Shown in pieces: positions 51,279 to 63,535 of a stretch of 64,000 nucleotides of DNA. The translations under genes and the position numbers were made by a program. Source of the stretch: Macrostomum lignano (lineage: Eukaryota). The notes beneath the pieces are model-generated. The model saw nothing but the letters and a program-made list of their open reading frames with translations, was not told the origin of the DNA and did no database searches. Location of the stretch: contig NIVC01003838.1 of NCBI GenBank assembly GCA_002269645.1, positions 10,444-74,443 on the forward strand, given 5' to 3'. Each line of letters starts with the position of its first letter. The stretch's first letter is position 1.

Positions 51279-54200
51279 TCACAGCAGGCGCAGAATCGTG
51301 TAGGGCACGTGACCAACCTCGCCAATGTAGTTGCGCAGCTGCCACCAGTTGCGCGAATCGTCCAGCACTTCAAGCAGTTCGCCGCGCTGCACAGTCAGCT
51401 CCTTGGCGTTTCGGCCGGCTTTGTCGTGCAGCACCTGCACAACCCGGCGACCGCGGGACTCGGCCTCCGAACGGAGCCGCTCCTGACGCTCGTCCCAGCT
51501 GCTGGCGGCGCCGAAGCCGGCTCCGTTGAAGCTCCGCCGGGCTGCCTGACGGTGGCCAACACCAAAGGAGGACTGCCGAGGCTGGGCGTAAATCGACGGC
51601 TGAGCCAGCTGAGGGCCTCTGGGTGCCACCTGAGCAACGGGACGCTGCGGCTGCGATGGCTGGACTTTGGGGCCGTTGTTTCCGCCGCGGCTGTAGGGGC
51701 TGTGCGGCTGGGCCATTGTCACCGGGTTGATCTGGGCAGGTTCGTTGTGGGGAAACATTGGCACACTTTATGGGTAATTTTGAAGGTGAATTGTAAATTA
51801 TCATAGATTGGAAATAGAGATGAGACACATCTATCAGACAGGCGGACATGAAACACGGACATGAGACACGGAAATCAGAAGCGGACATGGAACACGGACA
51901 TGAGACATGAAACACGGACATGAGACACGGAAATCAGAAGCGGACATGGAACACGGACATGAGACATGGACACGAGACAAGGATATGAGACACGGACATG
52001 AGACAGGCTCAGCTCATCACCTTGATGACAGGCTGCTGCCTGGGCGCGGCGCCGCCATTAACCATCGGAGCGGCAGCCTGGGACTTGGACAGTCCCTGGC
52101 CGAGCAGCTCGGGTTCGAGCTCGGGCTGCCAGCCGTCCCGCTTGAACCGGGGCCGGTAGGGCGGCACGTCGCCAGCCTGCTGCTGATGCTCGTCGATCCA
52201 GCGCTGCCGGTGGCAGGTCCAGGCGTTGCCAAGGCTGTACCAGAGCTCGCACTCCTTGGATGTCAGGCAGTGCTTCAGCAGCGCCACGGCGGCCGGGGTG
52301 AGCAGAGGCGACAGCACCCGGGAGGGCAGGTCCGGCCCGATCGACTGCGGGGCGAGGGGGTGCGGCGGGATTCGATAATGACTGATATGCAAATATGGAA
52401 TAGGTTTGTACTGTGGATACGCTGAACAGAGAGTTGCTAAGATAAACAGAGAAGAGATGGGGTGAGACAGGATGAGACAGGAAGAGAGACAAGACAAGAC
52501 AATACCAGACAGGATGGTGGGAGACAAGACCACACAGGATGAGAGACAAGACAAGACCAGACAGGATGGGAGACAAGACCAGACAGGATGTGGGACAAGA
52601 CCAGGCAGTATGAGAGACAAGACCACACAGGATGGGAGACAAGACCAGACAGGATGTGAGACAAGACCAGACAGGATGGGAGACAAGACCAGGCAGTAGG
52701 AGAGACAAGACCACACAGGATGGGAGACAAGACCAGACAGGATGGGAGACAAGACCAGACAGGATGTGAGACAAGACCACACAGGATGGGAGACAAGACC
52801 ACACAGGATGGGAGACAAGACCAGACAAGGTAAGAGACAAGACCAGACAAGGTAAGAGACAAGACCAGACAGGATGAGAGACAAGACCAGACAGGGTAAG
52901 AGACAAGACCAGACAGGATGAGAGACAAGACCAGACAAGGTAAGAGACAAAACCAGACAGGATGGGAGACAAGACCAGACAGGATGAGAGACAAGACCAG
53001 ACAGGATGTGAGACAAGACCAGACAGGATGAGAGACAAGACCAGACAGGATGTGAGACAAGACCAGACAGGATGAGAGACAAGACCAGACAGGATGAGAG
53101 ACAAAACCAGACAAGGTGTGAGACAAGACCAGACAGGATGAGAGACAAGACCAGACAGGATGTGAGACAAGACCAGACAGGGTAAGAGACAAGACCAGAC
53201 AGGATGAGAGACAAGACCAGACAGGATGAGAGACAAAACCAGACAAGGTGTGAGACAAGACCAGACAGAATGAGAGACAAGACCAGACAGGATGTGAGAC
53301 AAGACCAGACAGGGTAAGAGACAAGACCAGACAGGATGAGAGACAAGACCAGACAGGATGAGAGACAAGACCAGACAGGATGTGAGACAAGACCAGACAG
53401 GGTGGGAGACAAGACCAGACAGGATGAGAGACAAGACCAGACAGGGTGAGAGACAAGACCAGACAGGATGAGCCAGATATCACAGACACTGCAGCAGACA
53501 AGCCGCACCTGCACAATGAGAACCAGCGGAACGAACAGGCAGTGCACCAGCTCGGGGCATTGGGCTGATGAATCCGGCCCTCCAGCCGGCCTAGCAGATT
53601 CAGAGCCAGTTTCAATTTTTTCAAAATGTCCACAAAATCCTCGGTGCTGGGCAGCGCCTGATGGGGCGGCGAGTGCCGCTCTGAGCGGTGCGACCTCGGG
53701 GTGGCGGGATGCTGCGGTTGCGGCTGCTGCTGCTGAATGCGCAAGGAGAATGCCTCCACCTCTTCTAGGCATCGATTCAGGACCTTTAGACAGACCAAAA
53801 ATAAGCATCTTTGTTATAGTGAACTGATTGTTCACCCGCACCGAAATCATAACCTACCCAGACTAACATTATAACCTACCCAGAATAGCATTATAACCTA
53901 CCCAGAATAGCACCATAACCTACCCAGACTACCATTATAACCTACCCAGACCACCATAACCTACCCAGACTGGCACCATAACCTACCCAGACTACCATAA
54001 CCTACCCAGACTACCATAACCTACCCAGACTACCATAACCTACCCAGACTACAATTCCAAGCTACCCAGACGGCTTCCCTTCCTGTTGCTCACCTGCACC
54101 AACTGTGACGAATCAGCTGCCTCCCCGTTGGTGCCGCCGCCTCTACCGCCGCCGCCCAGGCCGCTGCCAAAGAACTGCTGAATGAGCTGGTGCATCTCCT

Positions 54201-54570
54201 GGGCAATCTGGCTGGCTTGCAGAGCTGATGGCAGCTGGAAGATGTGCATCTCCCAGGTGCCACCGTCGGATTCAACGCTGAACATCAACAGATTATCCCT
54301 GCCGCCTTCGTAAGCCAACGGTTGGCGCAGATTTCTGACCGGAAAATCCTCCATCACCTGGCCGCTAGCCGGATCGATCACGCGCAGGCCGCCGCCGTTG
54401 CCTAGCAACCGAATCCGGCACTGAGTGCCGCTACTCAACTCCATCTGGCGTAGGCGTTGAAGCCCTTCGTCCGGGCTCAACTGGCCAGAACCGGAGGTTA
54501 AGCTGGCCAGATGGCGCACCTGGATGTCGCGAATAACTGGCGATGACTGCGGCTGACGAAATGCCGCCAT
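51279..54570 (-). CDS. EPS8: EPS8-family adaptor (PTB - central EGFR-binding region - SH3), ~509 aa if a 1-nt frameshift near 53553 is corrected; exons 54570-54094, 53783-53509, 52344-52021, 51731-51279
   Basis: PTB (VRHLASL, MEDFP, MHIFQ). EPS8 core VLNRCLEEVEAF, DILKKLKLALNLL, ELVHCLFVPL, VLSPLLT, LWYSLGNAW, PRFKRDGWQP. SH3 ELTVQRGELLEVLDDSRNWWQLRNYIGEVGHVP. Exon 2 is 275 nt, one base short of frame. Confidence 0.88.
51820..52005. repeat. catgagacacggaca-type repeat in EPS8 intron 3
   Basis: Direct inspection. Confidence 0.75.
52460..53470. repeat. 22-bp gagacaagaccagacaggat(gg/gt/ga) array in EPS8 intron 2
   Basis: Generates the LSGLVSHPVWSC pseudo-ORFs. Confidence 0.95.
53847..54050. 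repeat. 19-22-bp cataacctacccagact array in EPS8 intron 1
   Basis: Direct inspection. Confidence 0.9.
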
Positions 54571-54739
54571 GCTGGCTTCAACTGCGGTCTGGTTCTGCTG
54601 ACTCAGAATCCGATTTTTATTCTTCCACTGATATTTGGAACACCAATCAGACTGGCTGGAAATGAAAAACAATTTTTATACGGCTATTCATAACTCCAGT
54701 AGCTGCTTATAAGCTAATTTTTGTGACTATTACAAAGAT

Positions 54740-55050
54740 TCTCAATGTGTGACTTGTGGCCGATTCTCAATGTGTGACTTAAGGCCAATTCTTAAGGTGT
54801 GACTTAAGGCCGATTGTCAAGGTGTGACTCAAAGCCGATTCTAAAGGTGACTTAAGGCCGATTCTCAAGGTGTGATTGAGGGCCGATTCTTAAGGTGTGA
54901 CCTAAGGCCGATTCTCAAGGTGTGACTTGTGGCCGATTCTCAAGGTGTGACTTAAGGCCGATTGTCAAGGTGTGACCCAAAGCCGATTCTAAAGGTGTGA
55001 CATAGGGCCAATTCTCAGTGTGACATAGGCCCAATTCTCAAGGTGTGACA
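54740..55050. repeat. 25-bp minisatellite aggccgattctcaaggtgtgactta
   Basis: Direct inspection. Confidence 0.85.
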
Positions 55051-55322
55051 CTAATAAAAAAATCATTTCGATCGGTCTTATTGAATTCCAAGCCTATTTA
55101 TTCAAAGGTGCAAGACAATTCTTACAAGTTGTCAATCAGTTGTGCAGGCACAGACGGACACTGACTAACCAAGGCAGATTTAAGGTCAGCTTGTACGATT
55201 GAAACGATAGTCACCGCAACAATACGCAGAGGTGAAACAAAAAAACTACTAAACAAAACCTGCGATTATAGCCACTGTTCCACACTCGAAAGGGTCTTCT
55301 TTTCAGTGTCTTTTCGACAAAT

Positions 55323-55354
<32 letters not shown>

Positions 55355-55959
55355 CGCTCGCGAACTTGACCGCGCCCAGAGAAAAGCACAAACTTCCACC
55401 CCAAACCCAAAAGCCTTTACTATAGTTGACAACCATCCCACACGCACGCAAGCTAAAAACCTGCAAGTTTTTAAAATAATATTTCGCATACGCGCATTCC
55501 TTTCCATCTGAGGCTAACACGGCAATAATAACTAACTATATACAGATGAGAGCGCTGAGCTTCAGCACACACTGAAGGCATGCGTGCACAATTTAAAAAC
55601 ACACACACAGTCTCTCTCTCACACACACTGCCATTTACTGTAGCTGGGCGCTGGCTGAAGTTGGCGAAATGGAGATTCGAAAACACAAAAGCTGAAACTA
55701 CATTAGAAAGGCTCTTTGAGACAAAAGCACTTATTTATATATAATAGCTACTAAAAGCGCTATTGCTCCGCTAACGGCTAGGCCGACTCAACTCAAAGGC
55801 TGCGCACGCGCTGGGCGACTGGACAAACAAAGAAAAACTAGAAGGATGGCAAACTTTCTGAGAACTTCAATTTGCGTAGCGAGGCTGGGGGGGATAACGA
55901 AACGTTAGCGAACGGTAAGAAAGAAGACAGAGATCGAGGGGTGAATGGAGATGGAGAGG

Positions 55960-56520
<561 letters not shown>

Positions 56521-57049
56521 AAAGGGAGAGAATAGGGATGGCAGCGGAATCATGAGAGAGGCAGACAGTGAGGGTACATCCGGTACATGCAGAGGAACTT
56601 AATAGAAACCACACAAGTCACAATGTCTAGAGTCTAAAACACATCTGATAAAGTCTACATAATAGTTAAACAAATAAACAAAGTCTGCAAGCACGTTGCC
56701 ACAAAAAACGCAAGGTAACAAATTATTAGTACATTATAACCTTCTAATTGTGTAAATAACAAATTATTAGGGCAAGGGAGACAGAGGATAAAAATCAGCA
56801 AAGCTCAGGGAGGCGACAAATTTCACATTGGGTTGTACAAAATGTTAACGCAAGTGGCAGAGGTACTTCTAAATTATATATTATAATGAGATGATAGCAC
56901 GGCTAGATTTGCGGTGCTATAAAAGTCGCAATATTAACACAAATTTTCTAACTAGTAAATTAGGACTAGGATGTAAGCAAAACAGGAAAAAAATTCTAGT
57001 AAGACTCCAGATGAATGTGCACTGCCACAAATCGTTCTTGAGCATACGG

Positions 57050-57165
57050 TGTTCAAGTTTAGGGTTTGTGAAGTTAAGGGATTGTGAAGTTTAGGGATTG
57101 TGAAGTTTAGGGATCGTGAAGTTTAGGGATTTTGTAGTTTAGGGTTTGGGAAGTTTAGGGATTGT
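57050..57165. repeat. 16-bp gaagtttagggattgt array
   Basis: Direct inspection. Confidence 0.8.
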
Positions 57166-57694
57166 CACATTTAACAATTCCTCATCAAAATCACATTGCA
57201 AATTGTACAATCAACAGTTTTCGGTAAACAAGACACTCCTACTTACAATAGTATAAATAAGCGACTAACACAGAAAATACTAGCTAAATATAATATGTAT
57301 ATACAACAGTAATACTGAGAAGGTACAAAAATTGCCAATTAAAAAGCACACAGAACGGCTTACCTACCTAAGATAGGAAAAGCAACAATATAGAAATTCT
57401 GAAACAAATAAAATTAAAAAAAATTGTAATAAAAAAATCTCGCTTCTTTAAACTACTGAGCTAGCAATGGTTAGTAGTAAAAAAAGCAGCGAATGAGTAT
57501 TATTATTAGAACAGGGCGGGTTATATTATAGAAAAATAATATTGCAACCGCGTTTAATAGACATAATCAAAAAACTAAATCAAAATAGAATGACAGACAC
57601 ACAGATCTGCTTGTAGAGATTGTCGGCATAGAAAAAATTAAAAGCAACAAAATAAAACCGAAGCAAACAATATTGCAAGTCCCGCTAGGAAAAC

Positions 57695-57935
57695 AATTGC
57701 AGCGACGACACGGTGACAACAAGTGACGACAGGCTAGAGACGACAGCCTTGTCGGTTTACTATCGATTTACTAAAATAAGTATGATTTGTTCAAGTCAGT
57801 AGTATCGTGCAAGTGCGCGCTTCCAAATCCGCTTTGCTGCCTGCTTTCTATCGGCCTCTGATTGGTCGACTGCCATGGCGACGACAGAGTGACTTGTTGT
57901 CAACTTGTCGTCATTAGCCTGTCGTCGCTGCAATT
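57695..57935. mobile_element. ~240-bp MITE-like foldback element
   Basis: Perfect 16-bp inverted ends aattgcagcgacgaca / tgtcgtcgctgcaatt, with internal reiterated gacgacag and gacaacaag motifs in both orientations. No TSD identified. Confidence 0.5.
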
Positions 57936-58079
57936 TTTTTCCCAGCGGGAGTTGTAGCACACAAGCAAACTAGATTGGTTTGAAATAAATGGTTAATTAT
58001 ACTACTTGTAACGCTCTTCAAAAGAGTAGTATAAAATGGGCATATATATATTGTATCGGATAGAAAAATCCTATTGAAA

Positions 58080-61000
58080 TCAAAGCACTGAGCAGGGCAA
58101 AACGCGCCATTGAATCTCGGGCTCCTCCAGACTGCAGCAGCTGTCGCCGATGTGACCAACCGCCAAATCGTCGCTGCGATTGCCGCCGCCGACCCCGCCG
58201 AGACCGGCGACGCTGCCAAAATCAACTGGACCAGAGCATTCGAATCGATAGCGGCCGCCAATACGCCAGATGTGATAGGCGAACAGGGCCGTCACTGTGT
58301 ACACTGATAGGCTGAGAAATGAAACCACCTGGTTGGAAATCATTGGCTGGGCACATGTAGGACGCATTGTGCAGCCACGGTTTTAAAGATTTTTAAGAAG
58401 AAGCTGATGTTAAAAGCAAAATAAGCATCAGTCCTGAAAGCCTGATATCTAGACTGAGATGTCAGCATCCACTTTGAGCTTTGTCATCAAGGCCTCCTCA
58501 ACTTGAACCTTCGCATCTGAGCAACTCTCAAGTATTGGCATCTCCTCTCAGCAACTCCTCCTGTGAACATTGGCATCTCAGCAACCCCCTGTAGACATTG
58601 GCATCTCAGCAACTCCCCATTGAGCCATGGCATCTCAGCAACTCCACCCTATGGACATTGGCATCTCAGCAACTCCACCCTATGGACATTGGCATCTCAG
58701 CAACTCCACCCTATGGACATTGGCATCTCAGCAACGCCTCCCTATGGAAATTGGCATCTCAGCAACGCCTCCCTATGGACATTGGCATCTCAGCAACGCC
58801 TCCCTATGGACATTGGCATCTCAGCAACGCCTCCCTATGGATATTGGCATCTCAGCAACGCCTCCCTATGGACATTGGCATCTCAGCAATTCCAGAAACT
58901 CACAGCAACTGGCAGGGCTCGATAGCCCGGAATGCCAGAGTTGCACGAGGCAACAACAGACGTAATCAGCAGCATCAGCGACAGAACCGCGTAGGATATC
59001 ATTTCCTGGAAAATTTGTACGGAAAAGTTTCCACTTACAACAAGTCAAGATTTCTTTCTCCTAAGAGCTACAATTTACTGCTGCCTTAGCTAGGAGAAAA
59101 TCTGGCTTCTTGGCTACTTCCCATGTTGCTATTTTTAGAAACATTGCCAAGTCAAGAATAATCCAGCAACACCCGATCCGTTTGTCTCGATTATTTGAAT
59201 AGCACAAGTGGTGCCAGCAGCAGCAGTGTTGAGCATAGCATTTCTTTCGCTATAAATAACTTCAACTGTTGCCCGAACAGCATAGCGCGCGCAAAATAAG
59301 AAAAGTTCACGACGGCCAGATTATCCGAAATTCTGCTTTTTTCTTTACATACAGCAAATTTAATAGTCGTCTGCCTCTGGCTGTCTATGTATCTGTCTAC
59401 TTACGAGTATCTAAGGGAACCGTAGCCCAGTGGCCTGGCGCGGCGCTCTGATGTGCCAGCGGCCCAGGTTCGATTCCAAGTGCAGTCACATATATTTTGG
59501 GATAAATTGGAATCTCGGCTTGGCTCTGCTCGTGCAATTAACGGCCTTGAGGGCCAAACCCTAAGGCACAGTGAAGTGTACATGCCTAACGATAAATAAA
59601 GTTAGGGCCGCTGTACACTCCTGTGTGAGCGTGTGCCTGCGTACGTATCCGCACGCTTGTGTGCCTGCTCAGGGGAGCCTGCGGAATGGGCAGGCAATGC
59701 CCCTCGCCTGGTTGTGTGACAATGTCGCTTAAAGTGCGCCCAGGTGCACACAGCCCTCTGAATCTAATAAAAAATGTATTTATCTATCTATCTGTCTGTC
59801 TGTCCGTTTGTCTATCTATCTAGATCTACCTATCTAATACCTATTTATCTATCACTATTAACGACGACTCACTATCGCAGGGTCGAGTCGCCTTAATGAC
59901 AGTGCTCACTTAACAGCAGCCGTCTTGACACCATCTGAACAAGAATCTATTCTGCAAAACTAAGCCGCTTGTGCCAAGGAATTTGAAGCAGGCCCGGATT
60001 ATTCTCAAGCACCCTCAGCTATTCGCAGTAATGAGGATCGCAAAACTTCATTGAGCAGACTCTGGTCCAAATAATTCCCATGCCATCTACCACTATCGAG
60101 GTCTTTAGGTCCTTTCTGCCAGGTCAACAATGGTCAACAATCGCGATCGGTTGGCAACAATTAAGAGTCTGACTCGTCCAGGAATGCAAGACTTACACAA
60201 GAAATCCGATTTCGAAATTAAGAACAGAAAATCTAATCAAGAGTTCACGTGAACAGGCCGAACTTCCTACTGAAATAGTCAATCGTATGCCAAGACAGTT
60301 TGAAGGTGTGATCGACAAACAGCTCACAACGATTCTTAACCATTTCCACAAAGTCTCTCCAAAAGCCAAAGTTTACACACTGGACTTAGTAGTGGACACT
60401 TGAGCACCAGAAAACACCAGGAAAGCTGCCAAAAAAGGTAAACAGCTACCTGACAGGTATCAATCCAGCCAACCATGTGACACTGCTGCCACGTGGCACT
60501 GATGTCTGATGAGTCGACTCCGAGGCCTCCCAAACTGAGCGCAAAAAACTAGACATCAACCTTAATCAGAATGATTTCGTCTTTGACTTTGATAGCAAGC
60601 GGCATTTGCAGATTAAGGGCCTTCCTACGCCAACATCTTTATGTTCGACTGGGAGTCTAAGGCCCTGGTAACCGAAAATTTCGCTCCTTGCCTATATAAA
60701 CGCAATATTGATGACGTCTTCGTGGTTGTCTTTGGCAGCAAGGAGCCGCAGCTGAAGGAACTGCACGGACACCTGAATGGTGTCCTACAGCCGTGAAAAA
60801 ATTTACATTCTTTTAGACTGCTGCGTCTCTTTGATTGATGAAGGAACTCTTCGTCAATTACTGCGGACCCAACTTCTTTATAATTATAGTTAGTTGACAA
60901 AAATGATTCACAGAATCTGTCAGAAAGTCCGCTGCGACTCTCGAAACGATGTCTATGCTATCCTATGCAAAGGCCTAGGATGCAACTCCTCCTAGAGCTC

Positions 61001-61664
61001 TAAAAGTCAGACTGATGGCCCACTTAAGCGACGCTAGACTCACTTAAAAGACACTCCGTTCTCGAGACACTTCTACTCGTCTAACCAAAACATTCACAAT
61101 CTCCGCTTCATGGCACTGCAAGTATCTCAGCCTCAGAATTTGAGACCAATAAGAAGACACTCAATGCAGGCGACGAGACATGCAGAAGAAGCTCGTCACC
61201 TTGCTGAGCACTCGGCTACATTGATTAAATACGCTGCTTAGACTTTAGAAATTTAGAAATGAGTATCTATACGAATATCGGTACAATAAGTCTTCATGAT
61301 TAAACTGCTTTGCATTAGATTCTTTGCACAATACAAAAGTAGGCAGCTAAAATCCGATTAAACTCACAATAACGGACCAATGCAGTCTAACAAATGCGAA
61401 TGATCCGAACAGGTGAGCGCAAAAGTACATAGCAGTGATTAGGAAGCACAGTACAGAGGTGATGAGGCCCCAAACTCCAATGCTAGGATGGGCAGTCGCC
61501 GCTACACCAGTAAGAATGATTGACAGGGCTGTGCCAGTCAGCTGGAAGATGCCCAGAGAGGACAGGCAATGCTCCTTATAGATCACGAAGAAGCGCACAT
61601 TGCTGCTATTGCCAGCCATGTGTTGCGGCTGCTGACAACCAGGAGCTGCAGTTGGTGGCTCCAT
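58080..61664 (-). CDS. MARVEL-domain four-TM protein (CMTM/plasmolipin-like), 215 aa; exons 61664-61368, 59005-58904, 58328-58080
   Basis: Four hydrophobic helices: SSLGIFQLTGTALSII; WGLITSVLCFLITAMYF; W..IEMISYAVLSLMLLI; VVSFLSLSVYTVTALFAYHIW. Phase-0 GTGAGT donors; 648 nt in frame. Confidence 0.8.
58565..58890. repeat. 31-bp tggcatctcagcaacgcctccctatggacat array in MARVEL intron 2
   Basis: Direct inspection. Confidence 0.93.
59415..59600 (+). mobile_element. tRNA-derived SINE in MARVEL intron 1
   Basis: Pol III A box TAGCCCAGTGG (59423-33) and B box GGTTCGATTCC (59467-77) at tRNA spacing, followed by a non-tRNA body and a taaataaa tail. Confidence 0.65.
60000..61235 (+). mobile_element. 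Degenerate Penelope-like retroelement (RT + GIY-YIG remnants), antisense in MARVEL intron 1
   Basis: Frameshifted fragments NDFVFDFDSKRHLQIKG, YANIFMFDWESKAL and LYKRNIDDVFVV...LKELHGHLN match the PLE RT pattern N.F.F....Y.Q..G, ANLFM...E, Y.RYIDD. TPFSRHFYSSNQNIHNLRF resembles the GIY-YIG C-terminal part. The 5' boundary is approximate. Confidence 0.65.
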
Positions 61665-62949
61665 CTGGGTATTTTTAAGTGTGCCAACACAATTTATTAC
61701 TTCCAATTCATTTTATTGAGTGTGAATAATTTATTTTAGCTGAAAAAGTATGCAAATATTTTTCATCTTAGAAGCCAAAGGGAGAATCTCAATATTAAAC
61801 ATTTTAATATATTATCCTAAAAGTAGTCCTTTTAAATTAGATTATAAAATTCAAGCCAGAAATCAGCACCCAAAGAAGGCTACGAAGCGTTGACTAAAAT
61901 GTTTGAATAATTTACATGTAGCTCCTGACCTCTCAGCCTTGACACCTAAGCAATCCCCATAAGCCCTGACATGTCTGGGCAAAGTTAAAGGCAAAAAGGT
62001 TTTATCAGGTAGCCAACTTGTAAGGTGGAGAAAACTTTGGTGGGTATATATTTGCAGCAGCAATAGGCCACTATTGATGATACTATCTAGGCTATCACTG
62101 CCACTAGACCAAATACCAAAGGGCATATAGCCTAATCTGGTATCAATGTTTTGCTTTATTTTGGGAAGCAGCACATGCCACTTAACCTAGGTGGCAATAT
62201 TCCAGATAAGTACAAAAATGAGCTACGCAAGTTCTTTGCTACTATTGTAAATATGCTTGTAAAATGATTTAAGGCTATTGGCCCATTGGTAGGGATACCA
62301 TTGCTGACAAAAGATAGTTTCAATATAGTACTAGGAGCCTAGTCAACATAGCTGATATTGTGATGCTCATCCTAAGAACTTTGAGTAGCAGAGCACTAGG
62401 TCTAGTATAGACAAGGTTCCCATCAAGGTTTTACAACTCAATTTCCAATTTTTCTGAAATTTTTACAAGACACTTGGGGGATGCCCAAAATGATAAAAAA
62501 GCAAAAAAATCACCAAAAAACTTCATTCAGTGGTGATGCAACATTGGTTTATTGATCCCCATTGATATTCATTCTCATTGATTCTTATTCTCATTGATAT
62601 TTGATCTCAATGATCCATATCATTGAGATTCTCATTGATATGGTGTCAATGAGAATGTTTTGTGAATATTGTGAATTAAGAAATCACAAGTAATATTAAC
62701 CATTCTCAAATTACAATTTACAGTGAATAAAAATGACCTTATCAAATTTGATACTGAGTTTTGTTATAATGTAAAAAAATTGCTATGTCACAGTTTCCTC
62801 TTTTTTAAATTTGCCATATCCATGATGCACTGCTCGTCTCCCACATTTTGATTTGTTGCTACTTTTGCCTTTGTGTTCTACATTAACACCTTTCTGAATG
62901 ATTTAGCAATGTAGTAAGTAATTAAGCATACTATAAATGTCTATAATAA

Positions 62950-63535
62950 TTCAAGTTTGCATTGATAAAATCAACCTTCATGAAGTATAACCTATCCAAA
63001 AAAAACCTTATCCTATTTGATAATCTGGTTGGTCATTGACCTTTTTGGTAAGGTCCACCCCTTTTTCCCTAAGTATGAAATTCATCAACACTTTTTTAAT
63101 AGGTCTCTAGACCTTTATTCAAGTTTATGTCTATAAAATCAACCTTTATCAAAGGTCCCCCACCCTAACACCCCCTATTTCTCATGCTCCAATATTTGGT
63201 CATTGACCTTTTGGTAGGCCCTAAGGTCTACCTTTCCCCCGAAAGTCTGGAATTTATCAACATCATTTTGAATAGGTCTTAATGTCTTTATTAAAGTTTA
63301 TGTTGATAAAATCAATCCCCATAAAGAATATTCTATCCTAAAAACCCATCCCATTCCCCTATGCCTACTAAGCCTATTTGGTCATTGACCTTTTGGTAAG
63401 GTCCACCCTACACCATGAGTCCAGAATTTATGAATACCATCTTGAATAGGTCTCTATGCCTCTTTTTAAAGTTTATGTTATAAAGTGAATCCCTATAAAG
63501 AATCTCATCATCTAAAACCCCCTATTCCCTATGCC
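62950..63535. repeat. Diverged ~170-180-bp tandem repeat (~3.5 copies)
   Basis: ggtcattgaccttttggta recurs at ~63030, ~63198 and ~63380, with aataggtct and aagtttatg at matching offsets. Confidence 0.8.

Noticed and set aside
57050-57165. Interstitial telomere (TTTAGGG)
   Set aside because: The heptamer is embedded in a 16-bp unit rather than reiterated directly.
59415-59485. Intact tRNA gene
   Set aside because: It has A and B boxes, but the acceptor stem does not pair and the sequence continues into a SINE-like body.
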